In this document: piece by piece, positions 20,602-33,732 of the stretch
Layout: the number at the start of each line of letters is the position of its first letter
Position numbering within the stretch: the first letter of the stretch is position 1
Source of the DNA: Escherichia phage vB_EcoM_G5211
Sequence record: MK327947.1
Strand: one strand, 5' to 3'
DNA length: 64,000 nt
Program-made: the position numbers and the translations under genes
Notes under the pieces: model-generated
The model's input: only the letters and a program-made list of their open reading frames with translations
Databases searched by the model: none
What the model was told of the DNA's origin: nothing

Positions 20602-21246
20602 ATGAAAAGACGAAACACATTTTTACGATTGTATGTTACCGAATTTTTATCATCCTCCGGCAAAAAGATATATGGAGGGAAACGACACTCTCCATATAAA
20701 AATTTCGAATCAGACCCGTATGTCGGGTCTGGAGTGATTATAAAACGAGCAATAGAAAAATATGGAAAGGATTGTGTAATTTCCATATCTTGGTCAAAAC
20801 CATTTGAAACACCAGAATTATTGAAAGAGGCCGAAGAATTATTAATAGACGAACTCAAAGACAAATATTCCTATTTTTGCGCTAATTTGGTTAAAGGTGG
20901 ACAAGGTGGTTCATATTATGACAAAGACAAAAATCCACGCGTAGGAAAAAAGAGAACTAAAGAAAGTCGAAATAAAATGTCAGAGGCAGCAAAAAATAGA
21001 AAATGGACAGAAGAAGGGTTGAAACGTAGAATCGAAGCAACAATTAAAATGAAAAAAACAGCAAAAGTCCCAGATTTTTCTGGCGACAAAAATCCAGCCG
21101 CAAAGAAAATACAGGTAGGAGATCTTATTTTTAATACTGGAAAAGAATGCGCGAAATATTTTAATATATGTCAAGCAACGGTCATAGATAGGTGCAAAAA
21201 TCAACGTCCTAAATGGAAAGAATGGAGATATTATGATTCAATATAA
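20602..21246 (+). CDS. Seg-type GIY-YIG homing endonuclease-like protein
   Basis: KIYGGKRHS...DPYVGSG...KRAIEKYG parallels the GIY-YIG core of the ORF at 39653; NUMOD3-like [14 protein letters not shown]; ATG 20602 with RBS ggggag; inserted between genes 13 and 14. Confidence 0.6.
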   Translation: MKRRNTFLRLYVTEFLSSSGKKIYGGKRHSPYKNFESDPYVGSGVIIKRAIEKYGKDCVISISWSKPFETPELLKEAEELLIDELKDKYSYFCANLVKGGQGGSYYDKDKNPRVGKKRTKESRNKMSEAAKNRKWTEEGLKRRIEATIKMKKTAKVPDFSGDKNPAAKKIQVGDLIFNTGKECAKYFNICQATVIDRCKNQRPKWKEWRYYDSI

Positions 21247-21979
21247 TTCTAACTTATTCGCAAGACTAGAAAATGGTAGCGGATATGATAAAACATACGC
21301 GACGGAGATTTTAAATCCGTGGGTGAATTTTAATTCACATACAAACACCCAGACGTTAGCCGACGTTATGGTCGCCGAAGCTATTCAGATGCGAGGTGTA
21401 GAATTATATTACATCCCTCGTGAATTTGTCAAACCAGATATGATATTTGGTGAGGATGTTCAAAGCAAATTTACTAAAGCATGGAAATTTGCGGCTTATA
21501 TTAACTCATTTGATGGGTATGAAGGAGCGGGTAACTTCTTCTCTAGTTTCGGTTATCAAGCCAATGATGAACTAACTTTTACGGTTAACCCCAACCTATT
21601 CAAGCATCAAGTAGATGATCAAGAGCCAAAATCAGGTGACTTGATTTATATTCCAATGAGTAATGATTTATTTGAAATCTCATATGTAGAGCCATATCAG
21701 CCGTTTTTTCAGGCTGGCAAAAATGCCATGCGTAAAATTATTGCAGAGAAATTCGTGTATAGCGGCGAGGAATTGCGACCAGAATTACAACGCAATGAGG
21801 GAATTAATGTTGATGAGTTTGCGGATCTGGACCTTGCACCGATCACTAATCTGGACGGATTAACAGATATCAACTTAGAACAGTACAAAGAAGATAAGCA
21901 ATTCAGAAGCGAAGGACAAGATTTTATTGACCCGTTTGATCCTATTAATGGCAAGGGTTCACCTTTTGCTAATTTTTGA
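21233..21979 (+). CDS. 14: gp14 neck protein
   Basis: 248 aa (T4 gp14 256 aa); synteny. Confidence 0.8.
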   Translation: MIQYNSNLFARLENGSGYDKTYATEILNPWVNFNSHTNTQTLADVMVAEAIQMRGVELYYIPREFVKPDMIFGEDVQSKFTKAWKFAAYINSFDGYEGAGNFFSSFGYQANDELTFTVNPNLFKHQVDDQEPKSGDLIYIPMSNDLFEISYVEPYQPFFQAGKNAMRKIIAEKFVYSGEELRPELQRNEGINVDEFADLDLAPITNLDGLTDINLEQYKEDKQFRSEGQDFIDPFDPINGKGSPFANF

Positions 21980-22839
21980 TAAATACTCATAAACAAGGGG
22001 GTCAAATGTTCGGTTGGCACTATAATTCGTCAATTAGACGGTATATTGTATTGCTGGGTAATTTATTCTCCGGCGTACAAATTAAAAGGGTGCGTAGTGA
22101 CGGTGAGCGTTTTATTAAAGTTCCTATCACCTACGCAAAGAAAGAAAAATTCATGATGAGTCTGGACAAATATAACAATATCTCAAGCGAGGAAGACGTA
22201 GCAAAGGTAGAAACTATTTTACCGCGTATGTGTCTTTCTTTGATTGATATGACATACGCCCAGAACTTTAAAACAAATATTGCAAATAAGACAGTACCAA
22301 AATATACGGCTGATGGAATCAGGAGTGTGACACAATATAATCCTGTACCATATAAGTTTACTTTCGAGTTGGGGATTTATACACGTAACGAAGATGATAT
22401 GTTTCAGATAATTGAACAGATTCTCCCTTACTTCCAGCCTCATTTTAACTGTAAGATTAAAGAACTACACGGCAATGATGTATGGATTGATCGAGATATT
22501 CAGGTCACAATTAGTTCTATTACTCCAGATGAACAGGTAGGCGAAGATAAGTTTTCTCGTCGTCGTCTTGAGTGGACCATCATGTTTGAGTTCATCGGGT
22601 TTATCTATCCTCCAGCTACCGACGTTAAGGGGGAAATCAGAACGATTTATCTCGATTTTCATGCTAATTCTCGTGAATTAAATCCTAGCGGTAATTTTGA
22701 ATCTGTGGATCATGAGGTCGTTAAACGTGATGTTGAGCAAGAAGAATGGGATGGAACAATCAAAGAATCATATTCTAGTGATATTCCAATACCAGTTGCA
22801 CCAACTCCACCGGGTCCACGTATTGTAAGAGAATTTTAA
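21976..22839 (+). CDS. 15: gp15 tail sheath stabiliser / tail completion protein
   Basis: 287 aa; synteny. Confidence 0.8.
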   Translation: MINTHKQGGQMFGWHYNSSIRRYIVLLGNLFSGVQIKRVRSDGERFIKVPITYAKKEKFMMSLDKYNNISSEEDVAKVETILPRMCLSLIDMTYAQNFKTNIANKTVPKYTADGIRSVTQYNPVPYKFTFELGIYTRNEDDMFQIIEQILPYFQPHFNCKIKELHGNDVWIDRDIQVTISSITPDEQVGEDKFSRRRLEWTIMFEFIGFIYPPATDVKGEIRTIYLDFHANSRELNPSGNFESVDHEVVKRDVEQEEWDGTIKESYSSDIPIPVAPTPPGPRIVREF

Positions 22840-22852
22840 GAGGTAATTTATT

Positions 22853-25170
<2,318 letters not shown>

Positions 25171-25204
25171 ATACGATAATGCATAAAAAGATGAGGAAAT
25201 TCTA

Positions 25205-27202
25205 ATGACTCTATTATCACCGGGTTTCGAAACGAAAGAAACTACTCTCTCCACTACCATTGTGCAATCTGCGACTGGTCGCGCGGCACTGGTGGGTAAA
25301 TTCCAATGGGGTCCAGCTTTCCAGATTGTTCAAGTAACTAATGAAGTTGAATTAGTTAATAAATTTGGTCAGCCGGATAATAACACCGCAGACTATTTCA
25401 TGAGCGGGGCTAACTTCCTCCAGTATGGCAATGACCTGCGTGTTGTTCGTGTACTCAATAAAGAAAAAGCAAAAAACGCAACTGTCCTAGCTGGTAACGT
25501 AGAGTTTGAAATCACAAACGAAGGTTCTAACTACAAAGTAGGCGATTCAATTAAAGTAAAATACAATCGTCAGGATGTTGAAACCGCTGGCAAAGTAACC
25601 AAAGTAGATACCGAAGGTAAAATTAAAGGTATTTTCATCCCAACCGGGAAAATCATTTCTCTGGCTAAATCCATTGGTGTTTACCCTAATCTGGATGGGT
25701 TTACCGTAGAAATCACTTCCGGCACTGGTAACTCAACTGCGGCAATTACCATTTCCAAAATTGTAACCGATTCCGGTCTTCTCTTAACGGATCTGGAAAC
25801 TTCCCGTGCCAATATCACAAATCAAACTTTCTTGACTAAACTCAAGAAATATGATATGCCAGCGGTAAGTGCAATCTATGCGGGTGAGATCGGGGACTCT
25901 CTGGAAGTCGAGATCCTAGCACGTAGTGCGTTTAAGAACACCGCACCGGATCTGACAATGTATCCTTACGGCGGTACTCGCACCGCAGCACGCAACCTGA
26001 TTCCATATGCACCGCAGAATGATAATCAATATGCGTTTATTGTTCGTCGTGATGGTGTTGTGGTAGAATCCTATGTACTGTCTACTCTGAAAGGGGATAA
26101 AGACGTATACGGCAATTCTATCTATATGGACGACTTCTTTGCTCGTGGTTCTAGCCAGTACATCTATGCAACCGCTCAGGGCTGGGTAGATGGTTTCAGT
26201 GGTATTATCTCTCTTGCTGGTGGTGTGTCTGCTAACGAAGCAACGATCGGTGGAGTTGGTGCTGATCCGTTCATCGGTGCGATGATGCAAGGTTGGGATC
26301 TGTTTGCTGAACGAGAATCTATTCACGTAAACCTGTTGATTGCTGGTGCATGTGCTGGCGAAGGCGATGCGTTCTCTACCGTACAGAAACATGCTGTTTC
26401 CATCGGTGATGAGCGTCAGGATTGCTTAGTAATGGTTTCTCCGCCGCGTAGCACTGTTGTTAATATTCCGGTGACTACTGCAATTGATAACCTGATTGCA
26501 TGGCGCGAAGGTTCAGGAAACTATAATGAAAACAACATGAACATTAATACCACTTACGCGGTTATTGATGGTAACTACAAATATCAGTATGACAAATACA
26601 ACGACGTAAACCGTTGGGTTCCGTTGGCTGCTGATATTGCTGGTTTGTGCGCTCGTACTGATGCTGTATCCCAGCCGTGGATGAGTCCGGCAGGTTATAA
26701 CCGTGGTCAGATCATGAACGTGGTTAAACTGGCAATTGAGCCTCGTAAGGCGCACCGCGATCGTCTGTATCAGGCCGCAATTAACCCGGTAATCGGTGCT
26801 GGCGGTGAAGGGTTTATCCTAATGGGTGATAAAACCGCTACGACTGTTCCTAGCCCGTTTGACCGCATTAACGTTCGTCGTCTGTTTAACATGCTGAAAA
26901 AGAATATCGGCGATTCAAGCAAATACAAACTGTTTGAAAACAACGATAACTTTACTCGCGCTTCCTTCCGTATGGAGGTTTCGCAATATCTCAGCACGAT
27001 TCGCTCTCTGGGTGGCATTTATGACTTCCGAGTACAATGCGACACCACGAATAACACGCCGGATGTAATTGATCGTAACGAATTTGTTGCTAGTATGTTC
27101 ATCAAACCAGCAAAATCGATCAACTATATCATGCTCAATTTCACTGCTGTTGCAACTGGTTCTGATTTTGACGAAATTATCGGTCCAGCTAACCAGGCAT
27201 AA
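25205..27202 (+). CDS. 18: gp18 contractile tail sheath protein
   Basis: 665 aa (T4 gp18 659 aa); synteny. Confidence 0.9.
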   Translation: MTLLSPGFETKETTLSTTIVQSATGRAALVGKFQWGPAFQIVQVTNEVELVNKFGQPDNNTADYFMSGANFLQYGNDLRVVRVLNKEKAKNATVLAGNVEFEITNEGSNYKVGDSIKVKYNRQDVETAGKVTKVDTEGKIKGIFIPTGKIISLAKSIGVYPNLDGFTVEITSGTGNSTAAITISKIVTDSGLLLTDLETSRANITNQTFLTKLKKYDMPAVSAIYAGEIGDSLEVEILARSAFKNTAPDLTMYPYGGTRTAARNLIPYAPQNDNQYAFIVRRDGVVVESYVLSTLKGDKDVYGNSIYMDDFFARGSSQYIYATAQGWVDGFSGIISLAGGVSANEATIGGVGADPFIGAMMQGWDLFAERESIHVNLLIAGACAGEGDAFSTVQKHAVSIGDERQDCLVMVSPPRSTVVNIPVTTAIDNLIAWREGSGNYNENNMNINTTYAVIDGNYKYQYDKYNDVNRWVPLAADIAGLCARTDAVSQPWMSPAGYNRGQIMNVVKLAIEPRKAHRDRLYQAAINPVIGAGGEGFILMGDKTATTVPSPFDRINVRRLFNMLKKNIGDSSKYKLFENNDNFTRASFRMEVSQYLSTIRSLGGIYDFRVQCDTTNNTPDVIDRNEFVASMFIKPAKSINYIMLNFTAVATGSDFDEIIGPANQA

Positions 27203-27235
27203 TCAGTAAATTAGCATAGATTAAAAGTTAAATCA

Positions 27236-27256
27236 AGCGGGGAGAAAATCCCCGCT
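27236..27256 (+). other. GC-rich stem-loop (agcgggga-gaaaa-tccccgct) between genes 18 and 19
   Basis: 8-bp perfect stem; near-identical hairpin at 27783-27801; no strong T-run. Confidence 0.5.
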
Positions 27257-27275
27257 CTATTAAGGAATATCAATT

Positions 27276-27770
27276 ATGGCACTCGATTTGAATGATATTA
27301 CACGCGGTTTCGAGTCTGGCGATTTTGCTCGTCCTAACCTGTTTGAAGTTGAGATACCGTATCTGGGGCAAAACTTTAAGCTGATGTGTAAGGCTGCGAC
27401 TGTCCCGGCTGCTACCGTAGAAAAAATTGCTGTAGGCTATCAAAACCGTAAAATTAACATCGCTGGCGACCGTGTATACGACGACTGGACCATCACTGTA
27501 TTCAACGATGACGCACACAAGATCCGTGATGCTATCGTTGCATGGAGCGATCAGACACACGGCACTGGTTCGGCGATCACTGGTGCAACTCCTGCACAAT
27601 ATAAGAAACAAGCTATTGTTCGTCAACTTAACCGTAACACCGAATCAACTAGCGAAAAAACATTGTACGGTATTTTCCCAACCAACGTTGGTGAAGTAAC
27701 CCTCGATTGGGAACAAAACAACGAAGTTGAAACGTTTGAAGTTACTTTTGCTATCGATTGGGTAGAATAA
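27276..27770 (+). CDS. 19: gp19 tail tube protein
   Basis: 164 aa (T4 gp19 163 aa); synteny. Confidence 0.85.
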   Translation: MALDLNDITRGFESGDFARPNLFEVEIPYLGQNFKLMCKAATVPAATVEKIAVGYQNRKINIAGDRVYDDWTITVFNDDAHKIRDAIVAWSDQTHGTGSAITGATPAQYKKQAIVRQLNRNTESTSEKTLYGIFPTNVGEVTLDWEQNNEVETFEVTFAIDWVE

Positions 27771-27782
27771 ATATATTATCAT

Positions 27783-27801
27783 GCGGGGAGAAGTTCCCCG
27801 C
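27783..27801 (+). other. GC-rich stem-loop (gcgggga-gaagt-tccccgc) between genes 19 and 20
   Basis: 7-bp perfect stem, paralogous to hairpin at 27236. Confidence 0.5.
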
Positions 27802-27828
27802 CTAATTTCTCCCAATTCGAGGTGAATA

Positions 27829-29394
27829 ATGTTTAGTAGATTAAAAATGCTTGCGCGTTGGGCTGATTTTGACAACGACAAATACGAAGAACAAATTAAA
27901 GATAAAGCAGAGTCTATCGCCGCACCTAAAAACAATGATGGTGCTACGGAAGTAGAAATTAATGATAATTCACCTGCTAGCTCGTGGAACTCTCTTACCC
28001 AGCAATTTTACAGCACCGACCAGAAAATCAGCACAACTAAGCAATTAGTTAACACATATCGCGGTTTGATGAATAACCATGAAGTCGAAAACGCTGTACA
28101 AAATATCGTTAACGATGCGATTGTATTTGAAGAAGGTCATGAAGTTGTTTCATTAAATCTTGAGGCGACTGGCTTTAGTGAATCTGTAAAAGAGCGCATT
28201 CATGAAGAATTTAAAGATCTTTTAAACACTATCCAGTTTGATAGACGCGGTCAGGATATGTTCCGTCGCTGGTATGTCGATTCTCGTATTTTCTTCCATA
28301 AAATCATCGGCAAAAATCCAAAAGATGGTATCATAGAATTACGCCAGCTTGACCCACGTAATCTTGAATACGTTCGAGAGATCATTACAGAAGACACACC
28401 GGAAGGTAAAATTTATAAAGCAACGAAAGAATATTTCATTTACACTGTAGGCAATAGCTCTTATTGCGCAGGTGGTCAAGTATTCTCTCCTAATAGTCGC
28501 GTTAAAATCCCGCGTAGTGCTATTACATACGCTCACAGCGGCTTGATGGATTGCGATGATAAATATATCATTGGTTATTTGCATCGGGCTGTTAAGCCAG
28601 CAAACCAGCTTAAATTGTTGGAAGACGCAATGGTCGTTTATCGTATCACGCGTGCACCGGAACGCCGAGTGTTCTTTATTGATACCGGAAACATGAACAA
28701 CCGCAAGGCTGCACAGCACATGAACTCAGTGGCACAGTCTTTTAAAAACCGCGTTGTTTATGATGCATCGACTGGTAAACTTAAAAACCAGCAAGCAAAT
28801 CTATCAATGACAGAGGACTACTGGTTACAGCGTCGAGATGGTAAAGCAATCACCGACGTTACTACTTTACCAGGTGCATCCGGTATGAGTGATATCGATG
28901 ATATTCGCTACTTTAACCGTAAATTGTATGAAGCGTTGCGTGTGCCATTGTCACGTAGCAATCTCTCCGATGCAAATATGGTGATCGGTGGTGACGGTTC
29001 AGAAATTACTCGCGATGAGTTGGAATTTTCGAAATTCATTAGAACTCTGCAATCACAGTTTTCGGAAGTATTGCGCGATCCGCTTAAATATAATCTGATT
29101 CTCAAAAATGTAATTACGGAAGACGATTGGGATCGTGAAATAAATAATATCAAGGTGGTTTTCCATCGGGACTCTTACTATACAGAAGTTAAAGACGCGG
29201 AAATTTTAGAGCGTCGAATCGGTCTAATCGAACGTATTACACCTTACATTGGTAAATATTTCTCTAACCAGACAGTGATGCGTGACATTCTGAAATATAC
29301 CGATGACCAGATGGACACCGAGAAGAAACAGATCGAAGAAGAAGCGAACGATCCGCGCTTTAAACAAACTCCCGATGAAATAGAGGATTTTTAA
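27829..29394 (+). CDS. 20: gp20 portal vertex protein
   Basis: 521 aa (T4 gp20 524 aa); synteny. Confidence 0.9.
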   Translation: MFSRLKMLARWADFDNDKYEEQIKDKAESIAAPKNNDGATEVEINDNSPASSWNSLTQQFYSTDQKISTTKQLVNTYRGLMNNHEVENAVQNIVNDAIVFEEGHEVVSLNLEATGFSESVKERIHEEFKDLLNTIQFDRRGQDMFRRWYVDSRIFFHKIIGKNPKDGIIELRQLDPRNLEYVREIITEDTPEGKIYKATKEYFIYTVGNSSYCAGGQVFSPNSRVKIPRSAITYAHSGLMDCDDKYIIGYLHRAVKPANQLKLLEDAMVVYRITRAPERRVFFIDTGNMNNRKAAQHMNSVAQSFKNRVVYDASTGKLKNQQANLSMTEDYWLQRRDGKAITDVTTLPGASGMSDIDDIRYFNRKLYEALRVPLSRSNLSDANMVIGGDGSEITRDELEFSKFIRTLQSQFSEVLRDPLKYNLILKNVITEDDWDREINNIKVVFHRDSYYTEVKDAEILERRIGLIERITPYIGKYFSNQTVMRDILKYTDDQMDTEKKQIEEEANDPRFKQTPDEIEDF

Positions 29395-29637
29395 ATGAAA
29401 CAATTTATCGAAGCAATTGAAACTCGCGATCTAACGCTGATCGAAAAAGAATTTGATAAGATCATGGAGGCTAAAAAAGCCCAGATCATCGAATCCCAGC
29501 GTGTCGAAATCGCATCCAGTATCATGATCGAAGGTGAAGAAGAAAAAGACCGCGATGATGAAAAAGATATGGATGATGAGGACGACGAAGACGAAGATCG
29601 CAAAGACGATAAAAAAGACAAAGAAGACGACGAATAA
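29395..29637 (+). CDS. 67: gp67-like prohead core protein (highly acidic)
   Basis: 80 aa with Asp/Glu-rich tail; position after portal as in T4. Confidence 0.7.
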   Translation: MKQFIEAIETRDLTLIEKEFDKIMEAKKAQIIESQRVEIASSIMIEGEEEKDRDDEKDMDDEDDEDEDRKDDKKDKEDDE

Positions 29638-29649
29638 TAGGAAGCCAAC

Positions 29650-30057
29650 ATGATTAAAGATTTTACTCCTAAAGCTGACTTAGAAACTTTTCTGCCGGAA
29701 GCACAGGAAAAATTGGACATGTTGGCTATGTTTGAGTCAGAAGAACTATTGAAAATCGTTGAAGGTATCTCCGAGGATGAGCCGGAACTGGCGGTAGCAA
29801 TGCTGTCTATCATCGACGGAATTACTGTAAATGAAGCAATGGTTAAACATGTAAACGCACGCGGGGAAGTTGCACGTAAGAAAGATCGCAAAACCCGTGA
29901 GCGTAATGCTTACATGACTACTGGCCTAAGCAAAGCTAAACGCCGTCAAATTGCCCGTCGTGCTGCAAAAACCAAACGCGCAAATCCATCTATCGAACGT
30001 CATGCGGAACGTAAGCGCAAAAAAGCAATGCGTAAACGTAAGGCGTTAGGATTATAA
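29650..30057 (+). CDS. 68: gp68-like prohead core protein
   Basis: 135 aa; basic C-terminus; synteny. Confidence 0.7.
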   Translation: MIKDFTPKADLETFLPEAQEKLDMLAMFESEELLKIVEGISEDEPELAVAMLSIIDGITVNEAMVKHVNARGEVARKKDRKTRERNAYMTTGLSKAKRRQIARRAAKTKRANPSIERHAERKRKKAMRKRKALGL

Positions 30058-30068
30058 CAGGAAACAAC

Positions 30069-30764
30069 ATGGAAAAGAACGAATTACTGATCGAACAATG
30101 GGGCGTTCCTGGTGCTCGCGGTAGTTCGTCATTGCTTGAATCATTTGATGATAAGGCTACAGGAAATCTCTATATTCAAGGGATTTTCCTGCAAGCCGAA
30201 ACGGTAAACCGCAATAAACGCTGGTATCCTCGCAGTGTTCTAGAAAATGCGGTTACTAAATACATACATGAACAAGTTGAGACACATCAAGCTCTAGGCG
30301 AACTTAATCACCCAGCAAGAGCAATGCCAGATCCATCTAATGCTTGCATCATAATTGAAAAATTATGGTGGGAAGGTAATAACGTGATGGGTAAAGCCCG
30401 TGTTATTGAAGGGGATAAAGGCGCAGGTGATAAACTTGCGGCACTGATTCGCGCTGGCTGGATTCCTGGCGTTTCCTCCCGTGGGTTGGGTCGGTTGAAA
30501 GACTCTGGTCGCGGATACAATATTGTACAGGAAGGTTTTGTGTTGACGGTTGGTGTTGATGTTGTATGGGGTCCGAGCGCACCAGATGCGTGGGTAACTC
30601 CGGTGGTTGAGTCAACGGATAGCGATTCTAGCGCGTCAGACGCACCAGAAATCGATAAAACCGAAAAAGTGACTAACCCTACAGCCTCACAACAAAACAT
30701 CGTAGAATTGAATAATAGCGCGTTTATGGCGCTCGCAGAAGCGTTATCTAAACGCTATAAATAA
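30069..30764 (+). CDS. 21: gp21 prohead core protease
   Basis: 231 aa; synteny between 68 and 22. Confidence 0.8.
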   Translation: MEKNELLIEQWGVPGARGSSSLLESFDDKATGNLYIQGIFLQAETVNRNKRWYPRSVLENAVTKYIHEQVETHQALGELNHPARAMPDPSNACIIIEKLWWEGNNVMGKARVIEGDKGAGDKLAALIRAGWIPGVSSRGLGRLKDSGRGYNIVQEGFVLTVGVDVVWGPSAPDAWVTPVVESTDSDSSASDAPEIDKTEKVTNPTASQQNIVELNNSAFMALAEALSKRYK

Positions 30765-30795
30765 TAACGTCGTTATCAACAAGAAGGTTATAACC

Positions 30796-31590
30796 ATGCT
30801 TAAAGAAATGCTGCTCGAAGAAGCAAAACAGATCACCGTAGACGTTGCTCTCGATGACCTGTTTGAATCCGTCGAACTGTCGCCGGAAGTAAAAGAAAAT
30901 TTTGGTACTATCTACGCTCAGGCGGTAAAAGCTAATGCTGTTGCACTGGCAGAAAGCCACATTGAAAAAATCGCCGCTAAAGCCGATGAACTGGTAGAAT
31001 CAAAGGTCGAAGAAGCACGCACCGAGATTGAAACCAAACTGTACGAAGATGCAGATAAATTCCTGAATCACTTAGGCGCTAAATGGCTGGCAGAAAATAA
31101 AGAAGCCGTTACCCGTAATATTAAAGCGGATCTGTGCGAATCCCTGATTGGTTCTCTGAAAGATGTTTTCGTTACTCACAATGTTGTAGTACCGGAAGAA
31201 TCTGTAGACGTTGTTGCTGAACTTGACGAAGCACTCAAAGAAGAAAAAGAAAAAACCTCTGAACTCTTTGATGCCAAACTGCAACTTGAAAGCGAAATTC
31301 GTGGCATGAAGCGCGAACAAGCGATCAATGAAAGCACTCGTGATCTTTCCGATACTCAGAAAGAAAAAGTAACCGCGCTGATTGAAGGTCTGGAATATAG
31401 CGAAACTTTCGATAAGAAATTAACTGCAATTGTCGAAATGGTTGCTAAGAAAGAAGACAAACCAGCGAAGATTGAAGAATCACTAAATACTGATGCCGAC
31501 AAGCTGAATGTTATTGCAGAAGCTGTCGAAGAATCAGAGAAAAAGGCAACTGTAGATTCCGGCGTATCCCGCTACCTGAATTTCATCTAA
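30796..31590 (+). CDS. 22: gp22 prohead scaffold core protein
   Basis: 264 aa, Glu/Lys-rich helical; synteny. Confidence 0.85.
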   Translation: MLKEMLLEEAKQITVDVALDDLFESVELSPEVKENFGTIYAQAVKANAVALAESHIEKIAAKADELVESKVEEARTEIETKLYEDADKFLNHLGAKWLAENKEAVTRNIKADLCESLIGSLKDVFVTHNVVVPEESVDVVAELDEALKEEKEKTSELFDAKLQLESEIRGMKREQAINESTRDLSDTQKEKVTALIEGLEYSETFDKKLTAIVEMVAKKEDKPAKIEESLNTDADKLNVIAEAVEESEKKATVDSGVSRYLNFI

Positions 31591-31608
31591 TGTAATTCAA
31601 ATCTACTT

Positions 31609-31616
31609 TATAAATA
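31609..31616 (+). promoter_or_regulatory. T4-type late promoter TATAAATA upstream of gene 23
   Basis: Exact TATAAATA about 34 nt upstream of ATG at 31650. Confidence 0.6.
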
Positions 31617-31649
31617 CTTTAGGTTAACAACAAACAAGGTTTAAAGAAC

Positions 31650-33233
31650 ATGAAAACTACCAAAGAACTGATGGAAAAATGGTCCCCGCTGCTGGAGAAC
31701 GAAAAACTGCCGGAAATCGCAACTGCGTCTAAGCAGAAACTGGTTGCTAAAATTCTGGAATCTCAGGAAGCGGATTTTGCTGTAGACCCGATCTATAAGG
31801 ATGAAAAAGTTGTTGAAGCATTTGGTGGCTTTATCACCGAAGCAGAAGTTGCTGGCGACCACGGTTACGATGCATCCAAAATCGCCGCAGGTCAGACCAC
31901 TGGTGCAATCACCAACGTAGGTCCGGCTGTTATCGGTATGGTTCGCCGTGCTATCCCTAACCTGATCGCATTTGATATTTGTGGCGTTCAGCCGATGAGC
32001 ACTCCGACTAGCCAGATCTTTGCAATCCGTTCTGTATACGGTGGCGATCCGCTGAAATCCGATGCTCGCGAAGCATTCCACCCGATGTTTGCGCCGGATG
32101 TATATCATAGCTCTCTTGCCGCTAAAGACGCAACCGCAAGCTCTCCGACTGGTACTGCATTCCAGAAACTGCAAAACAGCCAAGCAATCAACGAAGGTGA
32201 TATTGTATATCACGTATTCGAACAGACTGGTATTGCATATCTGCAAAACGTTAAAGGTTCTACCGTAACACCTACTCAGGCGGGAGATACCCTTGATGAA
32301 TGCGTAATGAAGCTGATCGAAAAAGGCGAACTGGCTGAAATTGCTGCTGGTATGGCTACTTCCATCGCTGAATTGCAGCAAGGGTTTAATGGTTCTCAGA
32401 ATAACCCGTGGAACGAAATGTCAATGCGTATTGACAAACAGGTTGTTGAAGCGAAATCTCGCCAACTGAAAGCCCGTTACTCTATCGAAGTTGCGCAGGA
32501 TCTGCGTGCTGTACACGGTATGGATGCTGACGCTGAACTGAATGCTATCCTGGCTAACGAAGTTCTGCTGGAAATCAACCGTGAAATCGTTGACGTCATC
32601 AACTTTACCGCTCAGGTTGGTAAGACTGGTATGACTCAGACCGTTGGTTCTAAAGCTGGTGTATTTGACCTGCAAGACCCGATCGATACTCGCGGTGCTC
32701 GTTGGGCTGGTGAATCCTTCAAATCTCTGATCTATCAGATCGACAAAGAAGCTGCTGAAATCGCTCGTCAGACTGGTCGCGGTGCTGGTAACTTTATTAT
32801 CGCTTCCCGTAACGTTGTAAACATTCTGGCTTCTGCTGATCAGGGTATCAGTCTTGCTATGCAGGGTGCTGCACAGGGTCTGAACACCGACACCACTAAA
32901 GCTGTTTTCGCTGGTGTTCTGGCTGGTAAGTATAAAGTATTCATCGACCAGTATGCTCGTCAGGACTACTTCACCGTAGGTTACAAAGGCGACAACGAAA
33001 TGGATGCTGGTATCTACTATGCTCCGTATGTTGCTCTGACTCCGCTGCGTGCAACTGATCCGCAGTCTTTCCACCCGGTTCTGGGCTTCAAGACTCGCTA
33101 CGGCATCGGTATTAACCCGTTTGCAGACAGCAAATCCCAGGCACCGTCCGCTCGCATCACCTCCGGTATGTTGAGCAAAGACAGCGTAGGTAAAAACGCA
33201 TACTTCCGTCGTGTATGGGTTAAAGGTTGCTAA
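31650..33233 (+). CDS. 23: gp23 major capsid protein
   Basis: 527 aa (T4 gp23 521 aa); sequence strongly T4 gp23-like. Confidence 0.95.
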   Translation: MKTTKELMEKWSPLLENEKLPEIATASKQKLVAKILESQEADFAVDPIYKDEKVVEAFGGFITEAEVAGDHGYDASKIAAGQTTGAITNVGPAVIGMVRRAIPNLIAFDICGVQPMSTPTSQIFAIRSVYGGDPLKSDAREAFHPMFAPDVYHSSLAAKDATASSPTGTAFQKLQNSQAINEGDIVYHVFEQTGIAYLQNVKGSTVTPTQAGDTLDECVMKLIEKGELAEIAAGMATSIAELQQGFNGSQNNPWNEMSMRIDKQVVEAKSRQLKARYSIEVAQDLRAVHGMDADAELNAILANEVLLEINREIVDVINFTAQVGKTGMTQTVGSKAGVFDLQDPIDTRGARWAGESFKSLIYQIDKEAAEIARQTGRGAGNFIIASRNVVNILASADQGISLAMQGAAQGLNTDTTKAVFAGVLAGKYKVFIDQYARQDYFTVGYKGDNEMDAGIYYAPYVALTPLRATDPQSFHPVLGFKTRYGIGINPFADSKSQAPSARITSGMLSKDSVGKNAYFRRVWVKGC

Positions 33234-33318
33234 TATAAGCCAATTCCTGAAAACTCCGGTCGGGTGCAATACCCGACTTATCATAAACCTTATGACAGTG
33301 TAAAGTGTTAATTCCAAA

Positions 33319-33347
33319 GGGAAGACTCGAAAGGGTCTTCCCTTTTT
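33319..33347 (+). terminator. Rho-independent terminator after gene 23
   Basis: Hairpin gggaagac...gtcttccc followed by TTTTT; extra hairpin gtcgggt-gcaat-acccgac at 33259-33277. Confidence 0.65.
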
Positions 33348-33363
33348 GCGTATTATATCCCGT

Positions 33364-33371
33364 TATAAATA
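33364..33371 (+). promoter_or_regulatory. Late-promoter-like TATAAATA in 23-24 intergenic region
   Basis: Exact TATAAATA; no ORF immediately downstream. Confidence 0.35.
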
Positions 33372-33449
33372 AGGTTGCAAGCCTATATTCTATTGGGAGC
33401 GAAAATAGATACACACAACAAAGACAGGAAGATGCAGAACATCGGTGGG

Positions 33450-33477
33450 TTGCTAGCCTAAATCCGGTGGCTATAAT
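33450..33477 (+). promoter_or_regulatory. Possible sigma70-like promoter (TTGCTA, 16-nt spacer, TATAAT)
   Basis: Hexamers read from sequence; about 255 nt upstream of small ORF at 33733. Confidence 0.3.
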
Positions 33478-33732
33478 ATGTGATTTCTTTTGATGCTGGA
33501 TTTATTAAAACACAACAAACAATTCCACCAATTTTCGTAGTAACTGCATGGCAAAGGGACAAATGAATGAAATGAGCGTTCATGTTGATATTGGGTCGGA
33601 TAGATTTTGTAGATATACAGATCTGGTGTATGCCGACCTTGTTATGACATTCCAGCGTGACGCTAGCGGTAATTTTTGGTTTTGGTACGCTGTTCCCTGA
33701 ATTAACCCAAAATTCTCCATAAGGAGGAATGC

